From positions 35,030,001-35,094,000 of the forward strand of contig NC_090332.1 in the NCBI RefSeq assembly GCF_035084215.1: a DNA stretch of 64,000 bases, written 5' to 3'. This document shows positions 1 through 11,773 of this stretch, in pieces (within the stretch, counting starts at the first letter, position 1; each line of letters opens with the position of its first letter). The DNA is from Heptranchias perlo (Eukaryota). The notes beneath the pieces are model-generated. The model was not told where the DNA came from, ran no database searches, and was given only the letters and a program-made list of their open reading frames with translations. The position numbers and the translations under genes are program-made.

Positions 1-3000
1 CGAGGACACCCAGATCTTTCTGAACACCAACATTTAATAGTTTCTCACCATTTAAAAAATATTCTGCTTTTCTATTCTTCCCATCAAAATGAATAACCTC
101 ACATTTCCCTACATTATACACCATCTTCTTGCCCACTCACTTAACATGTCTATATCCCTTTGCAGACTTGGTCCCTTCACCTAAGTCATTAATATAGATT
201 ATAAATAGCTGAGGCCCCAGGACTGATCCTTGTGGCACCTCACTAGTTACAGCCTGCTAACCTGAAAATGACCCATTTATCCTTACTCTGTTTTCTGTCC
301 GTTAACCAATCCTCTATCCATGCTGATATATTACCCTCAACCCTATGAGCCCTTATTTTGCGTAGCAACCTTTTATGTGGCACCTTATTGATTGCCTTTT
401 GGAAATCCAAATATACTACATCCACTGGTTCCCCTTTATCTACCCTGCTAGTTACATCCTCAAAGAACTCTAATAAATTCGTTAAACACGATTTCCCTTT
501 CATAAAACCATGTTGACTCTGCCTAATCATATTATAATTTTCTAAGTGCCCTGTTAGTACTTCCTTAATAATGGATTCCAATATTTTCCCGATGACTGAT
601 GTCAGGCTAACTGGCCTTTAGTTCCCTGTTTTCTCTTTCCCTCCTTTCTTGAATAGCATTGTTATATTTGTTACCTTCCAATCTGCTGGGACCATTCTAG
701 AATCTAGGGAATTTTGGACGATCACAACAAATGCATCCCCTATCTCTGCAGCCACCTCTTTTAGTACCCTAGGATGTAGGCCATCAGGTCCAGGGGATTT
801 GTCCCATTACTTTGTCTAGTACGTTTTCTCTACTGATATTGTTTTGAGTTCCTCGTTCTCATTTGCCCCTTGGTTGCCCACTATTTCTAGTATGCTTTTT
901 GTGTCTTCTACTGTGAAGACAGATACAAAATATTTGTTTCACGTCTCTGCCATTTCCTTATTCCGCATTATAATTTCTCCTGTCTCAGCCTCTAAGGGAC
1001 CAACCTTTGCTACTCTCTTCCTTTCTACATACTCTTACAATCTGTTTTTATACATCTTGCAAGTTTACTCTCATGTTCTATTTTCTCCCTTTTTATCAAA
1101 TTTTTGGTCACCCTTTACTTGTTTCTAAAACTCTCCCAATCCTCAGGCTTACTACTATTCTTTGCAACATTATAAGCCTTTTCTTTTAATCTAATACTAT
1201 CCTTAACTTCTTTAGTTAGCCATGGGTGGATCGCTTTTCTCTGAGTTTTTATTTCTCAATGGAATGTATATTCATTGAGAATTCTGAAATATTTCTTTAA
1301 ATGTCTGCCACTGCTTATAGAATCATAGAAGTTTACAACATGGAAACAGGCCCTTCGGCCCAACATGTCCATGTCGCCCAGTTTATACCACTAAGCTAGT
1401 CCCAATTGCCTGCACTTGGCCCATATCCTTCTATACCCATCTTACCCATGTAACTGTCCAAATGCTTTTTCAAAGACAAAATTGTACCCGCCTCCACTAC
1501 TGCCTCTGGCAGCTCGTTCCAGACACTCACCACCCTTTGAGTGAAAAAATTGCCCCTCTGGACCCTTTTGTATCTCTCCCCTCTCACCTTAAATCTATGC
1601 CCCCTCGTTATAGACTCCCCTACCTTTGGGAAAAGATTTTGACTATCTACCTTATCTATGCCCCTCATTATTTTATAGACTTCTATAAGATCACCCCTAA
1701 ACCTCCTACTGTCCAGGGAAAAAAGTCTCAGTCTATCCAACCTCTCCCTATAAGTCAAACCATCAAGTCCCGGTAGTATCCTAGTAAATCTTTTCTGCGC
1801 TCTTTCTAGTTTAATAATATCCTTTCTATAATAGGGTGACCAGAACTGTACACAGTATTCCAAGTGTGGCCTTACTAATGTCTTGTACAACTTCAACAAG
1901 ACATCCCAACTCCTGTATTCAATGTTCTGACCAATATCTACTTATATATGCTTATCTACTGTCATACCATTTAATCTAATTTTCCAACCTACTGTAGGCA
2001 ACTCGCCCCCCCCCCCCCACCCCTTACCTATGTATTTGGCTTTATTTAAGTTTAAAACTCTAGTTTTGGATTTAAGTATGTCACTTTCAAACTCAATGTG
2101 AAATTCTATCATATTATGATCACTCTTCCTCAGAGGATCCTTTACTATGAGATTACTAATTAACCCTGTCTCATTACACAAGACCAGATTTAAAATAGCC
2201 TGTTCCCTGGTTAGTTCCACGATGTATTGTTCTAGGAAACTGTCTCGAATGCATTCCATGAACTCGTCCTCCAGGCTACCTTTGCCAATTTAATTTGCCC
2301 GGTCTGTATGAAGATTAAAGTCCTCCACGATTATTGCATTACCTTTGTTACAAGCTCCTATTATTTCTTGATTAATACTCTGTCCAATGGTATAGCTACT
2401 GTTAGGGGCCTGTAAATTACTCCCACCAGTGTTTTCTGCCCCTTGTTATTTCTTATCTCTACTTTCTGAACTTCCGAGCCAAGATCCTTTCTCACTACTG
2501 TTCTTATGTCATCCTTTGTTATCAGGGCTACCTCCCTCCCTTTCTATTCTGCCTGTCTTTCCAAAATGTCATGTACCCTGGAATATTTAGTTTCCAACCT
2601 TGTTCACCTTGCAACCACGTCTCTATAATGGCTGTTAGATCAAATCCATTTATCTCTATTTGTGCCACTAATTCGTCTATCTTGTTGCGAATACTTTGTG
2701 CATTCAGATAAAGAGCCTTTAATTTTATTTTTTTACCATTATTCCCTGCTTTGACCTTAATCGTTGATGCACTATTTCCGTGAAGCTCTCTGTCCCTTCC
2801 TGTCACACTCTGCTTATCCTTACTCATATTGCTACACAGCTCTATTGCTTTGTCTTTTCACTTTAGATTTCTAAATTTCCCCTCACCTGACCCTTCCCCC
2901 TTTTTAGTTAAAGCCCTATCTACTGCCCTAGTTATTCGATTCGCCAGGACATTGGTTCCAGCCCAGTTTAAGTGGAGCCCGTCCCAACAGAACAGCTCCC

Positions 3001-4110
3001 TCTTTCCCCAATACTGGTGCCAGTGCCCCATGAATCGAAACCGTTTCCTCTCACACCACTCTTTGAGCCACACATTTAACTCTCTGATCTTGACCCTATG
3101 CCAATTTGTGTGTAGCTCAGGTAGTAATCCAGAGATTATTACCTTTGAGGTTCTGCTTATTAATTTAGATTCTAGCTCCTCAAACTGTCTCAGCAGAACC
3201 TCATTCTTAGTTCTGCCAATGTCGTTGGTTCATACGTGGACCATGACAACTGGATCCTTCCCCTCGTGCTCCAAGTTCTTTGCTAGCCGCGAGGAGATAT
3301 CCTCAACCCTGGAATCGGGTAGGCACCACAGCCTTCGGGACTCTCGGTCGCGACTGCAGAGAACAGTATCTATCCCCCGATTATACTATCTCCTACCACT
3401 ACCACATTCCATTTTGCTCCCCCCACTTGAATGGCCTCCTGTACCACGACGCCGTAGTCAGTTTGCCCATCCTCCCTGTAGTCCTCGTTCTCATTCATAC
3501 AGGTAGCAAGTACCTCGTACCTGTTGGACAAGGTCAAGGGCTGAGGCTCCTCCATCACTACATCCTGGGTCCCCTTACCTGCCTGACTCGCAGTCACATC
3601 CTTCTCTCCCTGACCTCTGACTAACTCTAAAGTACTATTTAACCTAAGGGATGTGACTGCCTCCTGGAACAAAACGTCCAGGTAACTCTCCCCCTCCCTG
3701 ATTCATCATAATGTCTGCAGCACGGACTCTTGCTCAACAACTCTGAGCTGAAGTTCCTCGAGCTGCAGACACTTACTGCAGATGTGGTTGCTTGGGGTCT
3801 TACTGGTCTCCACCAACTCCCACATGCTGCATTTACGACACACCACCTGCCCTGCCATCTCTAACTAACCTTGTTTAATTTAATTAGTTTTTAAAAAGTT
3901 TTTATTCAATCGGTTATTTATAGTTTCATAAATCTATTTAATAATCTAGTTTAAGTTATTAATTTAATAAAGTAATTTCAGTTTTATTCTCCCAGCTCTT
4001 AATTTAGTTTAACCCACTGCCCTAAGTTTTATTCTCCGAGCTCTTAATTTTACCCACAGCCCTAACTGAGAGAGGAAACAAATGCTGTAATACTTACCAG
4101 CCAATCAAGC
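1..4110 (-). mobile_element. Long CR1 LINE retaining its 5' end (5'UTR, ORF1, endonuclease and RT part of ORF2), degenerate; continues beyond the window start
   Basis: ORF1 from ATG 3858: MAGQVVCRKCSMW...HICSKCLQLEELQLRV (zinc finger plus zipper), then SGNH esterase motifs VVGDSI and DGLHLN. ORF2 fragments include LYLNAQSIRNK, SDHNMIEF (APE) and QHGFMKGKSCLTNLLEFFE/VYLDFQKA (RT). Multiple stops and frameshifts. Confidence 0.93.
1318..1934 (-). mobile_element. 5'-truncated CR1 3' end nested inside the long CR1
   Basis: ORF 1396-1899 (LYKTLVRPHLEYCVQFWSP...TRGHRFKV) with a tail repeat at about 1318-1330. Host sequence tgcttat is repeated on both sides. Confidence 0.9.
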
Positions 4111-4392
4111 AACTGTACTTGCTACACAGTTTCTGCAGCCTATGGGAGGGGAGAGTTGGCTCCTGCCAGTATTATTCTTGGTTGAATGTGAGGAGATGTG
4201 CAAAAGTAGCTGGTGGACACTTAACATCCAATATCCCTCTTCCGTCATTTCGATAACTGGCATTCTCCAATTAACACTCCTTAGTTCTAGATGTTGATCC
4301 TTTCAAACACTGTATCATTGCATTACCCCAAGTCACTACTATAAGTTTTAAGTGTTTCATATTCTAATATGTTTACTTTTTCTTCCTTTTAG

Positions 4393-4464
4393 ATGTATTT
4401 TCACAACAGTAGATCCAGATACAGGAATTATAGACAGGAAGGAGCCACTGGAGACACTCAAGAG
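4393..4464 (+). CDS. MTARC: Penultimate coding exon of an mARC (mitochondrial amidoxime-reducing component, MOSC domain) gene
   Basis: Acceptor ttttcttccttttAG at 4391-92 and donor GT at 4465. The 72-bp exon reads (R)[23 protein letters not shown](R), matching the mARC motif [12 protein letters not shown]...KEPLETLK that includes the Moco-ligating Cys. MTARC1 vs MTARC2 cannot be resolved from this window. Confidence 0.95.
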
Positions 4465-4512
4465 GTACATGTAAAGACAAACTCATGCAACCAGTTATCA
4501 AATAAGATGCAT

Positions 4513-4715
4513 GAGCTTCCTTGATGGCTCAGTGAGCTTAGTCAGTGGATAACTGAGCCATATGGACCAGCAAGTTCCAGGTTTGATTCCTAGTCTGTGG
4601 TGAGTTAGCTGGTCTCAGATGGCTTTACAGTTGGCCTCAGTATCCCCTGTATTAGGGAGGTGAAAATTGGCCAAGGTTTCTGCTCCTGATTGTTAACCAG
4701 TAATCCCTGCTCGAA
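4513..4715 (+). mobile_element. Old tRNA-derived SINE fragment (family A)
   Basis: A-box-like tggctcagtg and B-box-like ggtttgattcc, then gtctgtggtgagttagct...tgctcctgat. The same body recurs at about 17205-17480, 45060-45245 plus 46105-46300, and probably 31280-31500 and 46650-46820. Confidence 0.6.
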
Positions 4716-4733
4716 TCCAGTCACCCTCTAGTA

Positions 4734-6528
4734 TAGTCCCCACCACTTAAACCGCCCACGTTTAAATCGGACAATCGGTTAAATTGGGCAAATAGTGCTA
4801 ACCATTTGCCATTACCGTTATTGTCAATTACAAAGTTGCTGGTTCCAGTTTGTTAAGTGTGCTGGCGATTTTGGGCAGACACAGGTGTTCAGTGAGTAGC
4901 TCGCACCTCGTTCAGTAGCTATTATGCTTCTTGGTTATGGAGCCACATGGGGAATTCAGTTGAAGAGAAGATGGGCGAAGTTGACTGATCTCTGCAAACA
5001 GCATCACAAGTGAGAAATTTGTGAATCTTTGCCATGTACCATCAGTGTGAGAATCATGCAGAACATTAAAGTAACCATGGATGTAACTGGTAGAATAGAT
5101 AAGGGAGAACCAGTGGATGTAGTGTATTTGGATTTTCAGAAGGTCTTTGATAAAATCCCACATCAGAGGTTAGTGTGCAAAATTAAAGCACATGGGATTG
5201 GTGGTAATATACTGGCATGGATTGAAAATTGGTTAACAGACAGGAAACAGATAGTAGGAATAAATGGGTCTCTTTCGGGGTGGCAGGCAGTGACTAGTGG
5301 GGTACCTCAGGGATCAGTGCTTGGGCCCCAGCTATTCACAATTTATATCAATGATTTGGATGAGGGAACCAAATGTAATATTTCCATGTTTGCTGAGGAC
5401 ACAAAACTAAGTGGGATTGTAAGTTGTGAGGAGGATGCAAAGAGGCTTCAAGGCGGTTTAGACAAGTTGAGTGAGTGGGCAAATATATGGCAGATGCAGT
5501 ATAACCTGGATAAATGTGAAGTTATCTACATTGGAAGGAAAAACAGAAAGGCAGAGTATTATTTAAATGGTGATAGATTGGGAAATGTTGATGTACAAAG
5601 GGACCTGGGTGTCCTTGTACACCAGTCACTGAAAGTAAACATGCAGGTGCAGCAAGCAGTTAGGAAGGCAAATGGTATGTTGGCCTTCATTGCAAGAGGA
5701 TTTGAGTACAGGATTAAGGATGCCTTACTGCAGTTATACAAGGCCTTGGTGACACCACACCTGGAGTATTGTGTGCAGTTTTGGTCTCCTTACCTAAGAA
5801 AGGATATATTTGCCATAGAGGGAGTGCAGCGAAGGTTCACCAGACTGATTCCTGGGATGGCAGGACTGTCGTATGAGGAGAGATTGGGTCAACTAGGCTT
5901 GTATTCACTCGAGTTTAGAAGAATGAGAGAGGATCTCATTGAAACATATAAAACTCTGACAGGGCTAGACAGACTGGATGCAGGGAGGATGTTTCCCCTG
6001 GCTGGGGGCTCCAGAACAAGGGGTCACAGTCTCAGGATACGGGTAGGGCATTTAGGACTGAGATGAGGAGAAATTTCTTCACTCAGAGGATGGTGAACCT
6101 GTGGAATTCTCTACCACAGAAGGCTGTGGAGGCCAAGTCACTGAATATACTTAAGAAGGAGATAGATGGATTTCTGGACACCAAAGGCATCAAGGGGTAT
6201 GGGGAGAGAGCGTGAATATGGTATTGAGATAGAGGATCAGCCATGATCATATTGAATGGCGGAGCAGGCTCGAAGAGCCGAATGGCCTACTCCTGCTCCT
6301 ATTTTCTATGTTTCTATGTGTTCATTGCACCAGAGAACAGTATGAGCAGGTCAGAATTATAGAACGCTGAGTTCCAGCAGCACTACCCATGTCCCTGATT
6401 AGTACAGGATAGTTCAGGTGTAACTGATGACTAGGGACATTAACGGGCTTTAAAGAGAACAATTTGAAATATAAACTTCCAACGTGTTTTGTGAGCAAAT
6501 TGCATTAGAACCAACGCGGTGGGGACTG
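4734..6528. mobile_element. Probable pogo/Tigger-like (Tc1/mariner superfamily) non-autonomous element interrupted by a CR1
   Basis: TA|tagtccccacc (4732-4744) and ggtggggactg|TA (6518-6530): an 11-bp TIR with one mismatch and a TA duplication. No transposase is recognisable. Confidence 0.5.
5077..6318 (+). mobile_element. 5'-truncated CR1 LINE (RT and C-terminus)
   Basis: ORF 5029-6066 with VYLDFQK, GVPQGSVLGP, FAEDTKL and HLEYCVQFWSP. 3' stem gagccgaatggcctactcctgctcc and (ttctatgt)n tail. Confidence 0.95.
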
Positions 6529-6789
6529 TATCTCGCCCACAACTTGCATTAGTATAGCTCCTTTAACATAGGTCTATATTTTTAGGCGAGGACATTTACT
6601 AACACTATTTGACATATGTATCTCACAATCCCACTTGTGAGGGCTAATAGTAAACGTTGGGTGTTGGACTAAGTAGATCAGTTTATTCACCGGGGCAGAA
6701 AACACTGATATAAGCTAAGCTCACTGTGGCCATTCCCGCTGGTTAGGGGTGGGGTTTAAAGTACACACTTTAGTATTTTAACTTTTTCC

Positions 6790-7400
6790 TAGATCCGTGT
6801 TGTCAATTGCCTTTGTAACCTTGAAAACATCTCAAAGTCTCTTTTCCAAAAAAAACAAGCTCAACATCCATAACCTTTTCTCAAAATATAAATTTCTGAA
6901 ACCTGGAATCATATCTGTTCTTTGCTTTTGTATCCCCCTCAAGGGCAATAATATCCATCTTACGGTTAGGTGACCGGAACTGCACAAAGTACACCAGATG
7001 GAGAATGACCAATCCCATATTCAGCAACAATATAATGTCTTTATATCTATAATCTATCCCTCTGCTAAAGCAACACGAGATCTATTTTCCCTTTTTATTG
7101 CTGCTAATTACTATACTGGTGGTTTCATAGATTTAAAACCCCATGATCTTTTTTTGTGATCAGAATGCAGCACTGTTACATTTAACACATGCTTTCTTTT
7201 GATTCCTTTTTCCCATACTAATTCATTTACATCTATCCACAGTGAGCTCATCTGTCGCTTATTTGACCTGTTTCCTAGAAGAGCTAAATCTTCTGAATCT
7301 GGTTGCTTTGTACCTCATTATTTGCCCTGTCTCCTATTTTAGTATCATCTGTATAACTTGAAGATTTTGCTTTGCTATGCCATCACACAATTTATTAATA
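6790..7400 (-). mobile_element. Highly decayed CR1 fragment
   Basis: Remnants of the conserved CR1 motifs (gaccggaactgcacaaagta; tagtatcatctgtataactt, the reverse of the FADD region). Confidence 0.55.
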
Positions 7401-9155
7401 TATCTATCTCAGTGTGTCTGATGTACCCATAGGTGTGGGAGAGTGTCCAATGTGTCTGCAAGATCAACCCATGCTGCTTGGTTGGTTGAAATGTCATATT
7501 TATTAAAAAGCAAGCAATCAAAAAATACAAACACAGCACACTTCACTAGGTCACAAAAAAATCCCATTCACAAAAAAAAATCACATCTAAGAATGTGAGA
7601 AAGAAATGGGCAGTTTTTCATTTCCTACTTATTTTCTTCTCTTTTAATTCTCAGTCCTCATTATTTTAGGTTTTCCTGGCATGGAAATGTTGATTCACCA
7701 ACTTGCTCCATCCCATTCTGCCCCCTACTGTCATTTTTTAGGAGCATCATCGGTCTTCCAACCCTGTCACAAGCCTCATTTCTTTTACCAGCTGTGGTGT
7801 TGTATTTTGCTCCCTCCTCAGAGTTGCTATTGTTGACTTAGACCTTTTGCAATTACATAATAATCATGGTCTATAACAAACTACTCAATGTCCCTTAATG
7901 TTTGTTTTCTACCCTCAATGAAGTGTTCAGCACTTTTGATGAATTCAACACCAGAGATGAGAAAACAGTTGAGCCACAGAGCAAAAAACAATAGAAGCAT
8001 CACGATTGAAGGAAGGAAGAAAGAAAGAAGGGCAAAAGTTTGGAGGAGAAAAGGAATTTATAGGAGTGAGAAAGACAAAATTCAGAGAACAAAGTGGGAT
8101 ATTTAAAAAGAATCAAGAAAGAAAATGTGGTGGTAATGAAAACAGAAAAATAGAAATACAGTACTAAGACTTCAGGGCCAAGAATCAGCAAAGTAGAAAC
8201 AAAAGCATAGAATCATTGAAAGTTACGGCACAGAAGGAGGCCATTCGGCCCATTGTGTCCGTGCCGGTCGCAAAAGATCTATCCAGCTTAATCCCACTTT
8301 CCAGCACTTGGTCCATAGCCCTGTTGGTTACGGCACTTCAAGTGCACATCCCAGTGCTTTTTAAATGAGTTGAGGGTTTTTGCCTCTACCACCCTTTCAG
8401 GCAGTGAGTTTCAGACCCCCACCACCCTCTGGGTGAAAAAATTTCTCCTCAGCTCCCCTCTAATCCTTCTACCAATTACCTTAAATCTATGTCCCCTGGT
8501 CACTGACCCCTCTGCTAAGGGAAATAGGTCCTCCCTATCCATTCTATCCACTCCCGTCATAATTTTATATACCTCAATTAAATCTCCCCTCAGGTTTCTT
8601 TGTTCCAAAGAAAACAACCCCAGCCTATCCAGTCTTTTCTCATAGCTAAAATTCTCCAGCTCTGGCAACATCCTCGTAAATGACCTCTGTGCCCTCTCTA
8701 ATGCAATCACATCTTTCCTGTAATGTGGTGACCAGAACTGTAGGCAGTACTCAAGCTGTGGCCTAACCAATGTTTTATACAGTTCTTGCATAACCTCCCT
8801 GCTCTTATATTCTGTGCCTCGGCTAATAAAGGAAAGTATCCCGTATGCCTTCTTAACCACCTTATCTACCTGTCCTGCGACCTTCAGGGATCTGTGGACA
8901 TGCACTCCAAGGCCCCTCACTTTCTCTCCACCTTTCAGTATCCTCCCATTTATTGTGTATTCCCTTGCCTTGTTTGCCCTCCCCAAATACATTGGGCCTG
9001 ATATTAGGAGGGCTGCGGGTTCTCAGTGGGGGGTCGACTGGGCGCGTGGGTAACGCGCCCGTGAAATCAGTGTGCTCCGCACGGAATCGCAGGCTAATTG
9101 GAGCCACTTACCTGTGCTTCCGGGTTTCGCGCTGGAAAGCTGCGCAGCGGGCGGA

Positions 9156-9203
9156 CTGCGCATGCGCAGCAAAGTCTGTCAGCTGGAGGAGCCCTATTTA
9201 AAA
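9156..9203 (+). promoter_or_regulatory. Candidate promoter of the Harbinger Myb gene
   Basis: Perfect palindrome CTGCGCATGCGCAG (NRF1-type site) at 9156-9169. TATA-like TATTTAAAA at 9195-9203, about 50 bp before the ATG. The TATTTAAA(A)GGGC motif is kept in copies 2 and 3. Confidence 0.5.
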
Positions 9204-9251
9204 GGGCAGTCCACCGATGCTCCTCCTGCAGCAAACAACCAATTCTGAACT

Positions 9252-11102
9252 ATGGAGCAGGCCAGAGGGAAGGCTGCCCCAAGATTTTCAAACTCCTCAC
9301 TCCGGGTGCTGCTGGATGGGATGAGGAGGAGGAGGGAAATCCTTTTCCCATCCGATGGGACGAAGTGCCCTTCCTCCACCACGAAGAAGGCCTGGCTGGA
9401 GGTGGCCGAGGAGGTCACCAGCAGCGGCAATGTGCCACGAACCTGGGTCCAGTGCAGGAAGAGTTTTAATGACCTAACCAGGTCAGCCAAAGTGAGTATA
9501 CTTACGCATTCTCCCACACTCCGTCTTCCACATCACTTCCACCACCACACAACCCTTCTGCACTGCCACCACAACGCTCTCGCATCACTCCTCACATCCA
9601 CTCAACTATCATCCTCACCTTACCTGCACGTACTCACCGCCCCTGTCCCCATTCGAACACTACCACGCAACCCAATCCTCACACAATATCATGGCTATGT
9701 TGCACATGCACCCTCCCATGCATCTCCCTCACGCTCAACCCCACCCACACCAATGCATGCAGCGGGTCACCATGCAACCATCACTCAATCACGCCTCTGT
9801 GTTTTGCCTTGATAGGAGAAGAGATGCCAGAACGCCCGGGAGAGGGCAAGGACCGGAGGGGGCCCGCCATACCAGGTAGCACTAACGGACGCAGAGCAGC
9901 AGGCATTGGAGATCACCTGCACACTGGAGTGCCTGTCCGTGGCGGGTGCCGAGGCTGGGATTGCACAAGCAGCCGGTGACAGAAAGCTAACACTCAGCAC
10001 TCATGATGGCAAATGATCTTAGCATCACTTGGCATCTGCAGCACCTCAACATCTGTCCAAATGCCTAATATTGCTTTCTGTTATCTTGCAAGCCCATCTG
10101 CGAGTGCCGTGACCGTGGATGGCGATTCCTCAGAGGACCTGCCGGCCTCACATCTCAGCCATGCATCCCCCAGTGCAGATACACACACCTCGGTGGGTCC
10201 CCGTCCTCACTTAGTTGGGCTTGCACATGGTGAGTCACCACGCACATGTGAGCTCGAGCAGACCCTGGTGGCAGTGGCAGCCGTGGAGAGTCCGCGTTGG
10301 TGGGAGCACTCTTCTCCAGGCACTGCTCAGCTGGACCCAGATGCTGAACCCTGGGGGCCAGCCGTGAAAAGGAGAGTCGTCGAGGGGCAGCAGCACATTG
10401 CCAAGGTGCTGGAACAGTTGCCACGTGCACTCTCCACAACCGCGCAGAGGATGGAGGAGTCTAACTCCTGCATGAGGGGAATGGTGGCACAGGTACAGGA
10501 GGGTATCTTCGAGATAGTGTCGCAGGGACGTGAAGGCATCTCTGAGATAGTGTCGCGGGTAGGTGCGGGAATGTCTGCGATGGAGGAAAGGCTAGCCTCC
10601 ATCGAGCGTCAAGCATGGCTCAACAATGAGTCCATTCAGGCCCTGAAAACGGCTGTTCGGATTCAGGGTGAGCAGAATTCTGCCGCCTTAAACAGACTGA
10701 CAGTACAAGTGGCCTTCCAAGGCCTCACACAAGCCCTCCAAACTGCTGTCCAGCAGGGTGGAAGGAGTGATGTGGGCCTGGGCCACGAGAGGAATGATGG
10801 TGAAAGGGGACATGGAAGTGGGGACGCCACTCAAAGCGCTCCCACGTCTCACCCGTTGCCCCCCTCTCAACCAGTACCCGCAATGCTGCCCCCTCTCCAG
10901 GTGGCCGAGTCTGCCCCTGCACAGGTGCAGGTGGAGCAGTCTTTGGAGGGGCCCTCACGGGCACCGAAACCCAGAGGGCGTCAGCTCAAAGCATCTAATC
11001 AGGGCATGGCATGGACAAGAGCAACCTGCCACTACCTCTGCTGAAGCCACAGGGGTAGCACCACGTAGGGGCTCCCGGAAACGCAAGGCTAAGGTTTTGT
11101 GA
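9252..11102 (+). pseudogene. Harbinger Myb/SANT-like DNA-binding protein gene, 3 exons (9252-9491, 9816-9975, about 10092-11102)
   Basis: Exon 1: MEQARGKAAPRFS...AWLEVAEEV...RTWVQCRKSFNDL (Myb/SANT-like trihelix). Exon 2: EKRCQNARERARTGGGPP. Exon 3 is long and low-complexity or coiled, ending RRGSRKRKAKVL. The exon-3 acceptor is CAA here versus CAG in copies 2 and 3, and there is a frameshift near 11000. Confidence 0.85.
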
Positions 11103-11296
11103 GCACAAAGGGGATGCACAAGGGTGTTTGATGATTTGTCATGTTTTATATTTATATTTCTTTTCTGCCACATGCACAATAAATATTATTATTATCACCA
11201 CTACTGCCACGTCTTGCCCATTCTTGACTGGCTTGTGGAATAGGTCCCTTTCATGGGGTTCACCATGAACATGCACACTTGATGCCACCCATTGGG

Positions 11297-11773
11297 TCAC
11301 TGCAGAGTGGGTGTAGGTGTATTTGAAGGGCTCTTTTGTGCAGATGACTGAGAGACATCGGCGATGTCCCTGGTGGCACCCTGGAAGGATGCGAAGGAGA
11401 AGTTGTTGAGGGCAGTGGTGACTTTGACAGCAACAGGTAAGAAGATGGTGCTCGGGCCAGCCGGGAGCAGCTCGGCATGAAGGAGGCTGCAGATGTCCAC
11501 GACTACATGTCGAGTGACTCTGAGCCTCCAAGTGCACTGCTGCTCAGAGAGGTCCAGGAAGCTGAGCCTCGGTCTGTAGACCCTGTGGCGAGGGTAGTGC
11601 CCCCTGCGACGCATCTCTCTCTGCGGTTTCCCTCCCTCCTGATGTGCAGGTGGATGTGTCACAGCACCGTGTTGTGGAGCTCCACGTGTCAGAGGTGGAC
11701 GGCATGGCCGGCGAGGCTGGTGATGCTGTTCGCCCTCCGAGGAGGTCATGACTGCAGCTACGGCGGCCCCCAT
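11297..11773 (-). pseudogene. N-terminal fragment of a HARBI1-like transposase (open frame, no DDE core)
   Basis: RPRLSFLDLSEQQC..RLR...LPVAVKVTTALNNF...FQGATRDIADVSQSSA, then an abrupt switch to 3'-flank-derived SPSNTPTPTLQ*. Confidence 0.85.

Noticed and set aside
2829-3624. Long + strand ORFs (225 aa, 114 aa) and similar ORFs opposite other CR1 and Harbinger copies
   Set aside because: They are antisense shadows of transposon coding sequence and recur wherever the repeat recurs.
4513-4600. tRNA genes at SINE heads (also about 34620-34698 and 45060-45130)
   Set aside because: Only degenerate A/B boxes are present, with no cloverleaf, and they continue into SINE bodies.
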